A stretch of DNA of 64,000 bases from Selaginella moellendorffii. Lineage: Eukaryota > Plantae > Lycopodiophyta. The translations under genes and the position numbers were made by a program. The stretch lies in NCBI RefSeq assembly GCF_000143415.4, contig NW_003314289.1, forward strand, positions 773,924-837,923. Direction: 5' to 3'. Within the stretch, counting starts at the first letter, position 1. Every line of letters begins with the position of its first letter. A model generated the notes under the pieces. It saw only the letters and a program-made list of their open reading frames with translations. It had not been told where the DNA came from and searched no databases. Below are positions 1 through 12,169 of this stretch, one piece after another.

Positions 1-218
1 CTAGGACATGCTTAAAGGAATACACATACTCTATCTAATTGCTAAGTTGGAGTCTTGAATGCTGAAAGAGGTCGGGCCTTGAAATGAAAGGTGGTCGCTT
101 GGAAGGAGGGGCAGCAGCCACTTCTGCAGGCGGCAGAGAGTTCCCGAAGCAAAAGAGCAGCGTCTCCAGCGTTGAACTCGAAAGTTCTAGTGTTGAATCA
201 TCCAAGTTGGAGATGTGA

Positions 219-710
219 ATGATCGCTAGCTCAACTTCTTCCTTCAGAAGCGAAGCCAGCAGCTTCTATCAGTGTAGCGAAGTACTTCTTCCGATCCCGC
301 TCCAAAGATACCACGACAGGGCCTGCCTTGACAAGTGGAATAGAGGAAATCATTCGGCCCACCCGGGAGTGGCTGTTCAGCCTATGCAACCTGTGCAACC
401 TGTCAAGGAGAGCGTGGAGAGGAAAGTTGTGGCGACCAAGAAACGGAGGGTCGTTGTCACGGGAATGGGGGTTGTGTCCTGCCTTGGACATGAGCCGGAT
501 GCTTTCTACGGGAATTTGCACCACGGCACGAGTGGAATAACAGAGATTGAGACATAGTGTCCAGAATGACATACCGATAGGAATGATGGCTGCATCAGAT
601 CCACCAGCGAGCATCACGCTGTGCAGTAATGTTTTCTATGATTGTGTGAAAAATATTCTAACTAGATCAACTCTCTCGCAATAGTTGCAGGGCGTCCCCA
701 TCCATCCCTG
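219..710. pseudogene. Rearranged fragments of a plastid beta-ketoacyl-ACP synthase II (KASII-like)
   Basis: The + strand 219-557 encodes KKRRVVVTGMGVVSCLGHEPDAFYGNL..GTSGITEIE (KASII N-terminus) and then stops. The adjacent - strand (~575-618) encodes VMLAGGSDAAIIPIG followed by a GTATGT donor, and ~680-710 encodes GWMG. Both are internal KASII motifs. Confidence 0.75.
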
Positions 711-3317
711 GTCAGAACATGAAATCCGTTAACTTTGTGTTTCACAGAATCATTCTTAGCCGTGTTCATCCTCCTTGGTACTGGCCTCGTCGGCAACACC
801 AGTGCTTGTGTTGCACACTCTTCAAAGCCCTTCTCTTATTTCCCCTCAATGTTACAATTCTCCATGCATGGTTTCTTGGAGCGTGATGGTTCAAGCTCAT
901 GCCAAGAACAAGCAAGGGGGCAAATCGTTGGATCTGTATCAATGTCATCTAGAACTGCAAGAGCAAACTACTTGAATTGCTGTAGAGGCTTGTCACTACG
1001 TGGGAAGCGATCACTCCCATGAAGGAATTGCGTGCTCGAGCACTGGAAGGAATCTCTTGGTGGATCCGACCATGACTATGAATAAGCTCTACGAGCCGGG
1101 CCTTCAGCCTGGCCGCGCTCACGTCCGGGTCGTTGTTCGTCTACAGAAGCCAAGCGATCTTCTAAGTTCCAAGATATACAGCGCTCTTCAATCCCTGAGA
1201 TGTGTGATCATTACTGGAGTTCTTTCGTTGATCCTCCGACTTATACTTGGCTAAAACTAAGGAAAACGAGCACATTCTAACAGCCAACACGCTGCTTTAT
1301 CATTTGACTCCTCCTCCGACTGACAACGGCTTCATGGCATTAGTCTGCTTGTTTCTCGAAAGCCACAGCAGAGCAACACTAAGCATGAGTGATGCCGATC
1401 TCAAGGTCCTTAGAGAAGAGTGCAAGTGCTAGCTTGTTAGGCAAACTCACACACTGCAAACTGGGACGGAGGAATGAAGCCACTGCTGACAAAGATACGA
1501 GAAGAATAGCTTTGCTGCGGCTAAGGAATGTCATACAGTGTCAAAGTATTTTTTGGATGACCAATTCCACCACTACGAATACGAAAGCTTTTTTATGATG
1601 AGAACTTTGGAAGGTGCATTTATTCTTCTAGTAATTGTATTAATTAGTTTAAATACTAATTAATAAGTTTATATTGTGAGTGCTTGGAAATTTATGATAA
1701 ATGTTTTAATGATATATTAATACAACCATGTTTTTATAAAATGGATATCTCATTATATACATTTTAATTAGAAACAATAACATTTTAAAAACATGAAATT
1801 AATAAAATTAATAATGTTTTTTTTATATCTTAGAGTTAATTATATAATGGATTATGGAGAGAAAACATAATGAATTGTGATAGTGCTGATTTAATTATAT
1901 GCAATGGAATTAGTGATAAGTAATATATCTTCAGAAGAATTATTCAATTTCTATTTATAATGGTTCATTAAATGTTATTAATCAATGTGGGTATATAATA
2001 CATCTGGAAAACACTACAATTAATGTAGTGCAAATGATAATACTCTTAAATATTATCATAAAGATAATGTTATAATTCATTTAAGTAATTTATTAAAAAT
2101 ATATCATGTGACAATATGAAGTATATGAGTAACATTTATTACAATAGTAACTGATTCCTATGCAATTGAGTATATTATTAAAACTTTCATCAACCAAAAG
2201 TGCTTAGAGAAATTCAAAATTAATAACTTAAAGGATTTTAGAATATATTACAACATTAATTAGTACTTTACCATCTTATTATTTAAGAGCTTCACAATTT
2301 TAATTGTCTCCAAATAAAAAATCTCTTTATATTTACATCTGATTTTATCTTTAAATGTCAGGCATAATTAAAATGGTCTAGAGGATGTGATAAATATAAA
2401 AATTGTGAATTTAATATTCAAATAAATAGAAATATAGTTTTATATCTTAATAGTGATAAAGTTGTTTGGTCTCTAAATATTTTTTATGGTACATTCGTTT
2501 ATTTTTTATCGTTATAAAATGATTATAACTTTATATGAATTATATGAATTTAATCAAAGAAACTTTTCTCAACATCTTTTTATTACGGTATGATTGTCAT
2601 CAGATACATATCCTTGTTAGCATTTAAATTTGAAATAAAACTTATATTTTGCAAATAAATATAATACAACAAAATACACTTAGTTAAATCTATCCTTTTA
2701 TAACAAAGAGAATATTGACTTATTTTATTTTCATTATAAATAGAAAAAAATTAACCTTCTGCCTAAATGACACAAAATATTCTCAAACATATTAATAATT
2801 ATAATTTTTCTATAAGTATTGTATTATCTTTCTAATCTGCAAGTAGAAAATATTTAGACAGGAAATCACAACTATTATATTATGATCTCTTAAAAAAAAC
2901 ACAAATTCTAGACAATACTACAAGATTGATAGATAGATAGCTGTTGCAAAGAGTAAAATTAATCTCAGTATTTCTATATTTTATATTATTTTAAAGCTAC
3001 GAACAATTATTACTAATCACGAAGTAGCTATAATATCTAGAATATGCCGTGCGTGCGTGCGTGCTTCTGTATGTCCCACTCAGTGTTTCTGATGCTTCCT
3101 CCCAATCAGTGCCGACTTTAAGTTTCTTTTTTCTTCTAATTCGCAAGTCAACCTTGAAAAGGATGCACAGACTTGTTGACAAGTGGGCTGATATAATGCT
3201 TAGTCCACCCAATGTGACGTGTATTATGAAACTTTGGTTTGTCTATACATATTATAGACATCAATCAAACCAAAGCAAACAAGCAGTATCAATTATTCTA
3301 TTGGAGTGACTTCTTGG

Positions 3318-5316
3318 TTATTGGATGTCAATGGTGTGGTGGCAGGATTCCTCGTCTTTGGAATGGGCTCTAAACTTGGCGGCGATTCCCAGCTGCTCCA
3401 CCGTGTCCACAACATGTTTGAGCCTGGCCGTGGTTTCCAGGAGGAGGAACACAAAGGTGGCAAGCGAGAAGTTATTGGCGCTTTCCATGTTGTAGTCGAA
3501 TGTGCAAGTGAGAGGCCCACTGTGGGCAATGATCCTGTCTCTCTTGTCAAACTCGAATATAGGATCCTCCGTGGGGGATGATGGTGTTAGGGGTCCACTC
3601 CAGGGAATAAAATTGTCAGTGTCGATGGCTATGGGCAGCCTGTGAGCCTTGCTTTTGATGATGGTGTCGCTCAATCTGATGTTCACGAATAGGGTTGAGT
3701 GGCGCTGGATGGATCTCTGGAGCTCGAATGCGGCCTGATTAACGTCGCTAAGCAGCTGGCTTGCGGGCTTGTTTTGCTGCATCCTCTTGAGATTGTTGCC
3801 TACTTCGGTGATTACTTTGTTGATTTCTTTGCTGACGGCGTAAATCTTCTTCTCGAAGCACCGCCTCAGCTCTATTGGTGCCTGATCATCAAAAGTTCAG
3901 ACACTTTGTTAGTGGTTTTCCTTTCAAAAAGTGTGCTACACGTACTTTTGACTTTGATGTGAGGCAGCCATGCAATGCCATTGCTGTGTAGGAACAATGT
4001 CTAAGAGCTGTCCCAACTTTTATGTAGTGTCCCCACGGGTATTTTATGTTGAAGTCGCCGTGTGGAGGTTCCCAAGTTGCAAAGTTTGCCTGAAAGTATT
4101 CTATTTGTCAGCTTGGCTCATCAAAATCCTTCGATAGCAAATCTTACAAGGGAGTCCTCGTGGCTCTTCGACGTGAAAAGAGAATTATACTTTTTGTATG
4201 TGGCATCGCTTACGTCAGTCACAAGCTTTTCTTCAGCTTTCGGATCAAAATACATTTCCACTGTTTCTGAGGAAACGTAATAGGATTAGATCTTATAACA
4301 TGATTGAATAATTGTTAAGTTAGACTTGCCTTCTAGCGATTCAGCCAGTTTGGAGAAGTTTTTGGAGGTCAGTTCATGAAGCTCATCACCAGCCCAGATT
4401 GGATAAATAAATGTGGTTGTAAAAAGGGAGACAGAACAACCAACAGTTATCATGTACAATCGAGACGATGCAATCTCAACCGGATGCAGGCTGGAGTTTG
4501 TAGAGATCATGAGCAAGCTGAAAGTAAGAAGGAAAACAAGAAGTCCATAGTCATATCGGGCCTTCATTTTGGGGACAAACCGCAGAAACGTTGCCACCAC
4601 TCCTATATACACAGCAAAACTTCCATGAGAAAAGTGCTGTTCATTTTAAAATCTTCTCCAAACTTACCAACAAAAAATATGGCAATGCAAGCAACTGCTT
4701 TGTGGCCTGCTGCGCCTCCAATTTCAGCTAATTGGCTGATACCAAGTACCAAAACTCCGGCAAAGAAAGTTCCAGTCACTCGATTGAGTCCTTTGCAGTA
4801 AGTTGCCCCTGGAAGAGAAAAACCATCAGTAATAACCCACTTCTCTAAAAGAAATTTTGTACCAGTTGTAAACTCAAAGATCACCACCACAGACATGATG
4901 GCCCAGATTCCATTGTGTCCCACAAAGTCCTCGGTGTGGATGAAAAGAGTGTATAGAGCAGTAATAATTAGCGCGAGCGCCACCTTGAATGCATGGATGA
5001 TCTTCCTTCTATCGTTGGCGGCAATTGCACGGAGCTGCCCAAACGTAGAGCACAGGGCACCGTATGCGTACGACACCACGTACGGAATCGCGCGCATCCA
5101 GCTGAGAATGACCCCAAACTTTTGGCTAGTGCTCCTAGCAAAGTGGTTCGTCACTGGGTCATTGTCCGTGCGTGCAAGCGTGACATCCTCGGGAAACACT
5201 CTTGAAGATCGTTCCGCTCGGGTGCTCATGCCTTGAAGTTCTTGTTGGTGACTTGGATTCGGAGGGAGTGGCGCTGCAACGGCCGCGGGATGATCGTGGT
5301 CAAGTGATGGTATCAT
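3318..5316 (-). CDS. ALMT: Aluminium-activated malate transporter (ALMT family), multi-exon
   Basis: DRRKIIHAFKVALAL, WAIMSVVVIFEFTTGAT..KGLNR, KARYDYGLLVFLLTFSL, PIWAGDELH, ANFATWEPPHG (WEP motif) and the C-terminal SLATFVFLLLE. Exons join at short introns, one apparently GC-AG near 4329. Confidence 0.93.
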
Positions 5317-6638
5317 TTTGAGAGTTGCTAGAGAGTAAGTGCACGAAACATAAACCAGGTGGTGACGACTTTGGTGCCAGCCGGCCTTTGTATTGGCTCT
5401 GCATTCAAGAGCTGAAACAAGAGCTACTACTCATCATATTGCTCTAACTTCGCCCTACAAACTTGGAAATTCTGAAGAGAATTGTTTGCAGGTTTATAAA
5501 CAGCTCGGTCTAAACCCACAAGCTCATCAAACAAGTGTTCTCCAGATGAAATACAGCTGTGAATTCTTGCGCTGCCAGGGGAACTCCAGATGGATTTGGC
5601 ACGCTGCCGAAAGTTTGAGTCGTCCGGTCTTTATATTCCAAGGATGTTGACACTGGCCCCATACTGCCGCTAGATTCGTTTGTGCACCTAAAATGCGATT
5701 TCAATGGTGGATCTATGGGATTGGACCAAGACATATGGATATACTTTCCTTGTAAAAGATTATTGTTTTCCTCATCATTAGTTAACCAGGTTATTAGATC
5801 AATAGTTTATTTAAGAGTTTTACTAGACAGCACCAGACTGTACATTATATTCCTAATGGATTTTAGTCCCATGAGCTCGGGAGATTACTGAGGCCACGAA
5901 AATGAGACATTGATTAAGGCCCATGCTTATCACTGGTCATAATCTTTCTTAGATAGCATTACACATTGTTTATGTTTCACTTATGGAGAACATTGAGTGT
6001 TTGTCTCCATCATGGGCAGCGATGGAATCTAGCGCATCTGGATTGCAAGGAGCAGAAAATTTTGACCACATACATGGCTGTTATTTGTGGTTGCCACCTT
6101 TATTTTCGATCTTGATTTATTTTTATCTATTATCTTTTTCTAGAGAGATGCTTCAGTGACCAGTACTTTACAGTACTCACCGGACGGTACTTCTGTCTCG
6201 CATGCAGGAGCGAAAAATTATCCACGAATATGCTACAGTTTTAATGGCTGAAGCTAGCATTGCCTGCCACTTTGATTTCTTTTGCAAAATTTAAAGCAAT
6301 GGCTGCGTTCCACTAGTGCATGCTTTAGGGCATGACGAAGTGGAAAGATGGTACCGCACGGGGTGAAAAGTGCTGCACTTTTCTTTTCACTGTCAAAGGT
6401 TTCAAAGATCTATAATCTTGAAGTGCAAGGAATTCTAGAAATTCTAACCGGCTTACCTCTCAGGTAAGCATGACCTGATGAACTCAAAATACTCGAATTT
6501 ATAGTTATAAAAAAAATTACTTTTGTTTAAGTCAAATTCAGTTTTAAAACATTAAAAACATACCTTTTTAATTATTAATACCTCAATTGGTTGTTTATTC
6601 TTATCAGGACTTATCAAGTTTACTATTTTAATACGTCA

Positions 6639-8720
6639 ATGGAACTGGTAGCGGCTAGCAGCGAAGTTCCACTCCAGCTAGGGATGGAGAACCTAGAGAA
6701 TCACTGTGTGGGAATTTCCCGGTACGTGAGGTTGATAAAGCACTATGCGCAATCCAAATCCCTAGCAGAAGGCAAGTGCATCCATCACCAGGTGAGAACA
6801 TTGGATCTTGAGGGAAACTTGTCCATTGGCAGCAGTCTTTTGAAAATGTATCTTCAGTGTGGGAGTTTGGATGGTGCTCGAGTAGCATTTAGCAGGATGG
6901 ATTTAACTGAACCAGAGAGCTGGAATGCGGCAATCGCAGCTTTTGCCCAAGAGGGGCATTACTCAGAAGCTATGAAAGTCTTTGAGAGAATGAAGGAGCT
7001 GGGATCTGTGGCTCCAAACAGCATCACCATCGTTACTGTTCTCAATGTTCTCAAGCTTCTTCCTCTGGATTTTAAGTCGCTGGCCATTGCCCGGGAGATC
7101 CACACGACAATCGTTGCGAAAAAGAAGGAGATGGATGCTTGTGTGGCGACTTCGCTCATGGGCTTGTACGGGAGATTTGGCTGTTTGCCGGAGGCCGAGT
7201 CAATCTTCCAGAGTTTGGGTTTTAAAGATCGTGTCTCTTGGAGCGTGATGATCTCAGCATATGCTCATAATGGTCGCAAGGATTTGGCGCTGGGATTCTT
7301 CCGAGAGATGCAGTTTGAGGGGATGAAGCCAAACCAGATTGTTTTCGTGAATGTTCTCAATGCTTTGGGTTCTCCAGGGGATCTTCTAGATGGCGAGAGG
7401 ATTCACTCGTTGGTGATTCAAGCGGGAATGCAAAACAAGGTGATCCTTGCCACTGCGCTGATCACCATGTACGGAAGATGTGGATCTCCATCAGCATCAA
7501 TCCGTGTGTTCAGAAGAACAAATCCCAAAGACTTGATCTCGTGGAACTCCATGATCGGGGCCTACGCTCACAACGGGGAGTTTGAGAAATCCATGAGAAT
7601 CTTCCACCAGCTTCTCAAAGCTACATACGTGGCTCCAAACCGGGTCACCTTTCTCACACTCCTGGGAGGACTTGGCACGTCCAACGAAAACGCCCGCCAT
7701 GCAAAGGTGGTGGAGCGCGAGATTACGTCCCGCGGGCTGGGTACGGACGCCGTGGTGGCCACCGCGCTGATGAGCGCGTACGGCAAGTGTGGCCACGCCG
7801 GCGAGGCGCACAGAATATTCGACGGCATCGAGCCCAGGAATGTGGTCTCCTGGAACTCCATGATCTCGGCCTACGCTCACAGCCATCGCCATGAGCTCGC
7901 GCTGGATCTCTACCACCGGATGCTCCACGAGGGCGTGAATCCGACGATGGTCACGTTCGTGGCGGCGCTGGGCGCTTGCTCGGAGCTTGCCGACGTGGCG
8001 GAGGGCGGGAAGATTCTCTCCTGCGTGACCGATTCCGGGCTCGAGCTCGACCACGTCCTCGGTACGGCTGTGGTGGACATGTACGGCAAGTGTGGAAACT
8101 TACGTCGAGCTCGCGAGATCTTCGATGGGATGAAGAAGAAAGACGTGGTTGTGTGGAGCGCTCTGGCGGCCGCTTACTCCCACCGCGGGAACGATCGATC
8201 GCAGCTCCACACTGCTCTCAAAGTCTTCCACTGGATGCAGCAAGAGGGCGTTCATCCTGGCAGCGTAGCGTTTCTCGGAGTTCTCTCGGCGTGTAGAAAC
8301 GCCGGGCTTGTGGATCAAGGCTGCGCGTACTTCTCGTCGATCACTTCCGACCATGGACTGGAAGTTACCAGCGAGCAGCTTGGGTGTGTGGTGGATCTTC
8401 TGGGACGAGCTGGATGGCTGGCGGAGGCGGAGGCGTTGGCGGCGAGGATGGCTGGCGGAGGAGATAGCTGCGCTTGGATGATGCTGCTGGGAGCGTGCAG
8501 GGATGGCCGGGATGTGGAGAGAGCGAAACGGGCAGCCGAGAGAGTTTTGGAGCGGGATCCGAAGAATGCAATGGCTTACGTGATGCTGTCACAGGTGTAT
8601 GCTGCCGAGGGGAGGATGGACGATGCCAGGAGCGTGAGAAGAATGATGGAGGAGAGGGGGATTCATATTAGCAGGAGTAAAACGGAGGAGTTTACCTCGC
8701 TACAGGCTTTCTTCCAGTAA
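6639..8720 (+). CDS. PLS-class pentatricopeptide repeat protein with a partial E domain (organellar RNA editing factor-like)
   Basis: Long intronless ORF with repeated SWNSMI.AYA and ALITMYG.CG motifs, plus E-type motifs (CVVDLLGRAG, W..LLGAC, AYVMLSQVYA). No PG box or DYW domain. First ATG at 6639; an upstream exon is possible (donor near 6463, acceptor at 6607). Confidence 0.9.
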   Translation: MELVAASSEVPLQLGMENLENHCVGISRYVRLIKHYAQSKSLAEGKCIHHQVRTLDLEGNLSIGSSLLKMYLQCGSLDGARVAFSRMDLTEPESWNAAIAAFAQEGHYSEAMKVFERMKELGSVAPNSITIVTVLNVLKLLPLDFKSLAIAREIHTTIVAKKKEMDACVATSLMGLYGRFGCLPEAESIFQSLGFKDRVSWSVMISAYAHNGRKDLALGFFREMQFEGMKPNQIVFVNVLNALGSPGDLLDGERIHSLVIQAGMQNKVILATALITMYGRCGSPSASIRVFRRTNPKDLISWNSMIGAYAHNGEFEKSMRIFHQLLKATYVAPNRVTFLTLLGGLGTSNENARHAKVVEREITSRGLGTDAVVATALMSAYGKCGHAGEAHRIFDGIEPRNVVSWNSMISAYAHSHRHELALDLYHRMLHEGVNPTMVTFVAALGACSELADVAEGGKILSCVTDSGLELDHVLGTAVVDMYGKCGNLRRAREIFDGMKKKDVVVWSALAAAYSHRGNDRSQLHTALKVFHWMQQEGVHPGSVAFLGVLSACRNAGLVDQGCAYFSSITSDHGLEVTSEQLGCVVDLLGRAGWLAEAEALAARMAGGGDSCAWMMLLGACRDGRDVERAKRAAERVLERDPKNAMAYVMLSQVYAAEGRMDDARSVRRMMEERGIHISRSKTEEFTSLQAFFQ

Positions 8721-10215
8721 TGACTGCAAATTTGATGAGACCGCTTTTGTAGCCTTGTATCATATAAGCCATTGCAAAGGCTCCTCGGATTGTTGTCCAG
8801 CCTGAAAGCTTTTGTTAGACATGAAAGCTTGGAAACGAGAAGTTTACTCAACCTGATCTTAGAAGGCCGAAAAGCGCTTTCGGGTTGAGTGCTGAAGCGA
8901 TCACTGCCGGCCAGAATGGACTCACATACACGGACCAATCCTCGGCTCTAACATCCTGTGAAAACCGTCAGTCTTTGGTGCTTACACCACAGTCCAAGGA
9001 GCAATAAATTCACCTCCAGCTGCAGTTCTTTTGCAAGCTCCACATAGTCGAAAGCCGAGCACCACGCTGGTAAGTAGTACGCGCTGCAAATCTTGTCCAA
9101 GAGCTCCTGAGCGTGTTATAACGGGATGAAACAAAAAGAACATACAGAACGACACAAGAACCTGCTCTTCTTTTCGGAGGGACGACTCTTCGGGAGAAAG
9201 ATCTCTGTGGCACCATGTAACAATTAGCAGACGACCACCAGGAGCAGCCACTCTCACCAATTCTTGCATGAACTAAGAAACGCTACTGTTAGCATCTGAG
9301 GAGCTTCCAGTACCAAATGGAGCTTACTTTCCGCTTGTCTGGCATATGCTCCCCGCTCTCCATCGACCACACGAGATCAAATTCGTTGTCTGGAAACGGC
9401 TGGATCAAAGCATCCGCGACTTGAAACGACACCTGAAATCCAGAGAAGAAAACACTCAAGTCAGTTCACTACATTTCATACAAGCCAACAAAACCTTTTC
9501 CCCAAGTCCTGCTTCGGCTGTGATATCGTTTGCTCTTTGAGCTTGCACGGGACTAAGCGTGATCCCTCTGACCATTGCCGAATACTTCCTGGACAAATGT
9601 CGAGCACTGCCTCCAATCCCACAACCAACGTCCACAATTTTCTTCGGTTTCTCTTCGTCAGCTACCAAGAAATAGGAAAAAACAAAAGCAAAATACTCAA
9701 AAGAAAGAAAAAATAAGACTCGGGCGATCAAGATCCAGGAACAAACATAACATCCAGCAACGAACATAACAAGTTAAAATCACATAACCACAGGTAGTCC
9801 AAGAAAAAAAACAAAAACATAGAACACACACACACACAAATGCTCAAGCGTGAAAGCTCTTACCTGGAATGCCGGCCCACGCCAAGGCCTCCTGGATCAT
9901 TCTAACCTGTGCCGCCCTGTGATCGCCTTTGAGCGGCTTCCCGGGATCGTAGAATCCGTGGTGCATATGCTCGCCCCACACATCCTCCCACACACTAGAC
10001 GAGGAATCGTAGAACCTGGCAATGCCTCGATTGAGCTCCTCCGACACTGGCGGCCCCTTGCTCGCGACCGCCGCCATTGCCGCTCCCGTGGAGTCGGATC
10101 CAGAGGCCGAAATCTTGTGCTGCGACAGCGGCATCGATCGAAATCCCCACAGCCATGGCGTCGGCCGGCTAGAGCAGGAATGCGCGGTCGCGGCCCCAGG
10201 GCAAGAGGAAGCCAT
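8692..10215 (-). CDS. VTE4: Gamma-tocopherol methyltransferase, multi-exon
   Basis: Transit peptide, GIARFYDSSSSVWEDVWGEHMHHGFYD, SAM motif IVDVGCGIGGS, ELVRVAAPGG..I.VTWCHRDL and DWS..VSPFWPAVI. The last exon reads GYKSGLIKFAVITGRKPVAR, with TAA at 8694-8692. Confidence 0.95.
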
Positions 10216-10305
10216 AGCTGTGACGTCCCCCCAAAATCACTTATAAAGAGAGGATAAAAGTTAACCCGTGAGCAAAGATCCATGGTCACGAGAAACCCGG
10301 AAGCC

Positions 10306-10398
10306 CTAGATGCGATAGAAGATTCTTCCAGTTTAAATTTTAGGGCTCGCTCAACTCTAGATGCGAGAGAAGATTCTTCCAGTTTGAATTTTAGGGCT
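10306..10398. repeat. ~42-bp direct duplication (period 51) upstream of VTE4
   Basis: ctagatgcgatagaagattcttccagtttaaattttagggct (10306-10347) versus ctagatgcgagagaagattcttccagtttgaattttagggct (10357-10398); two mismatches. Confidence 0.9.
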
Positions 10399-12169
10399 TC
10401 TCACAGTAGACGTTCCTGAGCAAGACGTAGGTCGCGGCGCCCTTGCGGTCCAGATCGAGGGCGCACTGCGCGGCCCGAGCGGCCGCATCGACGTTCTTGT
10501 GGTTGTTGCAAGCGCCCATGAAGCAGATCCAGTCCTTGGCGATGGGCTCAAAGGGCATTTGGCGGATGAGATCCTCGGCGGGCCACAAATGCCCCGCGCG
10601 GCCCAGCGTGTCGATCACGCACCCGAATTGCTGCTTGGAGGCACTCAATCCGTGGTCGAAGATCATCGAGTAGAAGAAGGAGTGGGCGATCTTGACGTTG
10701 CCTTTGTGGATGCAGCTGAGGAGAACGCAGGTGAATGCGGCCTCGTCCGGAGAGAAGCCCTCGTTCCTCATCTGCCCAAACAGCTCCCACGCGAATCGGG
10801 GCAAGCCACAATTGGAGTACATTGCGAGCATCACGACCCACGACGCTACACTCTGTTCTGGGCTCGAATCAAAAAGAAATTTCGCTCGAAGAATCTGGCC
10901 GTTCTGAGCGAGCGCCGAGAGCATCGAGTTCCAGGACACAACGTCCCGTGACGGCATGGAGTAAAATATTCTCTTCGATTCTAAAAGATGCCCGTTTTGG
11001 GCATATGCTGCGAGCCTAGCGGTCCACGAGATCTGGTTCTTCTCGGGCATCTTTTCAAATATTCCTTCCGCATCTATAAGCTTGTCACTAAGAGCGTACG
11101 CCGAAAGCATTGAGTTCCACGAGACACGATCGTGAAAGGGCATTGTGTCGAATATAAACTTAGATTCCTCCAGATAGCCGTTTTGGGCATATGATGCGAG
11201 CATCGCGTTCCAAGAGACAAGGTTGCGGCAGGGCATATCATCAAATATCTGTTTAGACTTGGAAAGATTATGGTTCTGAGAATATGCCGAGAGCATCGCG
11301 GTCCAAGATACCACGTCCCTCTCTGGCATCCGGTCAAAGAGAGCTTTAGATTCTTCCAGATGCCCTCGCTTGGCATGCGCTGTAAGCTTTGCATTCCAAG
11401 ACACGAGATTCCTACACGGCATTTTTACAAACAATGATTTGACCTCGTTAAGATTCCCAGTTTGCGCAGCTGAAAAGAGAATTGTATTCCAGGAGATCAA
11501 ATCCCTCTCAGGCATAGAATCAAATAGGATCTTCGTTTGATCCATTTGCCCCATTTGGGCGTGTGCTGCGATGATAGAATTCCACGAAGAAAGGCTTCGC
11601 TCGGGCATGGTGTCGAATATTCGCCTTGCTTCGTTTAGATCCCCGTCTTGGGAGAAAGCCGTTAACATCACATTGAGAGAAAGAACGTTGTGCCCGGGCA
11701 TGGAATCGAACACGTGCCTAGCCTCTTCCAAATGCCGCGTTTGGGCAAATACGCAAAGCAAGGTGTTCCAAGTTATAAAATTTGGCTGGGGCATCTTCAC
11801 GAACGTGGAGAGGGCATCCTGGAGATTCCCCGCCTTGGCTATAGCGGCGATCAGGGTGTTCCAGGAGACCTCGTTTCTCTCCGCCATGGCGTCGAAGATC
11901 GAGCGTGCGGCGGCTAGGTTGCCATTGTAGGCGTAGGCGGCGAGCATGAGATTCCAGGAGAAGATGTCCTTGGTGGGGATGGAATCGAAGACGGCGCGCG
12001 CGGATTCTGGATCGCCGCAGTTGCCATACATCTCGACGAGCAGGTTGGAGAGGTAGAGGCTGCGCTCCGGCGATTTGCGCTGGTGCTGGACGATGAGCGC
12101 ATGGATGTGCGGCGCGGCCGCGCTGCTGCGGCAGGATTTCGCGATCGAGCAGCATTCTTTGAGGTCCAT
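10391..12169 (-). CDS. PLS-class PPR protein rich in 31-aa short (SS-type) repeats, truncated E domain
   Basis: 592-aa intronless ORF with tandem 31-aa 'MPERDVVSWTAML.AYAQNG.L.ESK.IFD' repeats. It ends ATYVLLRNVYCEKP* inside the E region. Confidence 0.9.
   Translation of the reverse strand: MDLKECCSIAKSCRSSAAAPHIHALIVQHQRKSPERSLYLSNLLVEMYGNCGDPESARAVFDSIPTKDIFSWNLMLAAYAYNGNLAAARSIFDAMAERNEVSWNTLIAAIAKAGNLQDALSTFVKMPQPNFITWNTLLCVFAQTRHLEEARHVFDSMPGHNVLSLNVMLTAFSQDGDLNEARRIFDTMPERSLSSWNSIIAAHAQMGQMDQTKILFDSMPERDLISWNTILFSAAQTGNLNEVKSLFVKMPCRNLVSWNAKLTAHAKRGHLEESKALFDRMPERDVVSWTAMLSAYSQNHNLSKSKQIFDDMPCRNLVSWNAMLASYAQNGYLEESKFIFDTMPFHDRVSWNSMLSAYALSDKLIDAEGIFEKMPEKNQISWTARLAAYAQNGHLLESKRIFYSMPSRDVVSWNSMLSALAQNGQILRAKFLFDSSPEQSVASWVVMLAMYSNCGLPRFAWELFGQMRNEGFSPDEAAFTCVLLSCIHKGNVKIAHSFFYSMIFDHGLSASKQQFGCVIDTLGRAGHLWPAEDLIRQMPFEPIAKDWICFMGACNNHKNVDAAARAAQCALDLDRKGAATYVLLRNVYCEKP

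Noticed and set aside
735-1598. Several short ORFs after the KASII fragments
   Set aside because: No recognisable homology or consistent exon chain.
1600-2990. Very AT-rich stretch that could be a fifth CVNH or a TE remnant
   Set aside because: No CVNH motifs, termini or domains could be read.
7497-8592. Long antisense and alternative-frame ORFs over GC-rich genes (also over VTE4, the helicase and WDR78)
   Set aside because: Expected shadow ORFs of GC-rich coding sequence.
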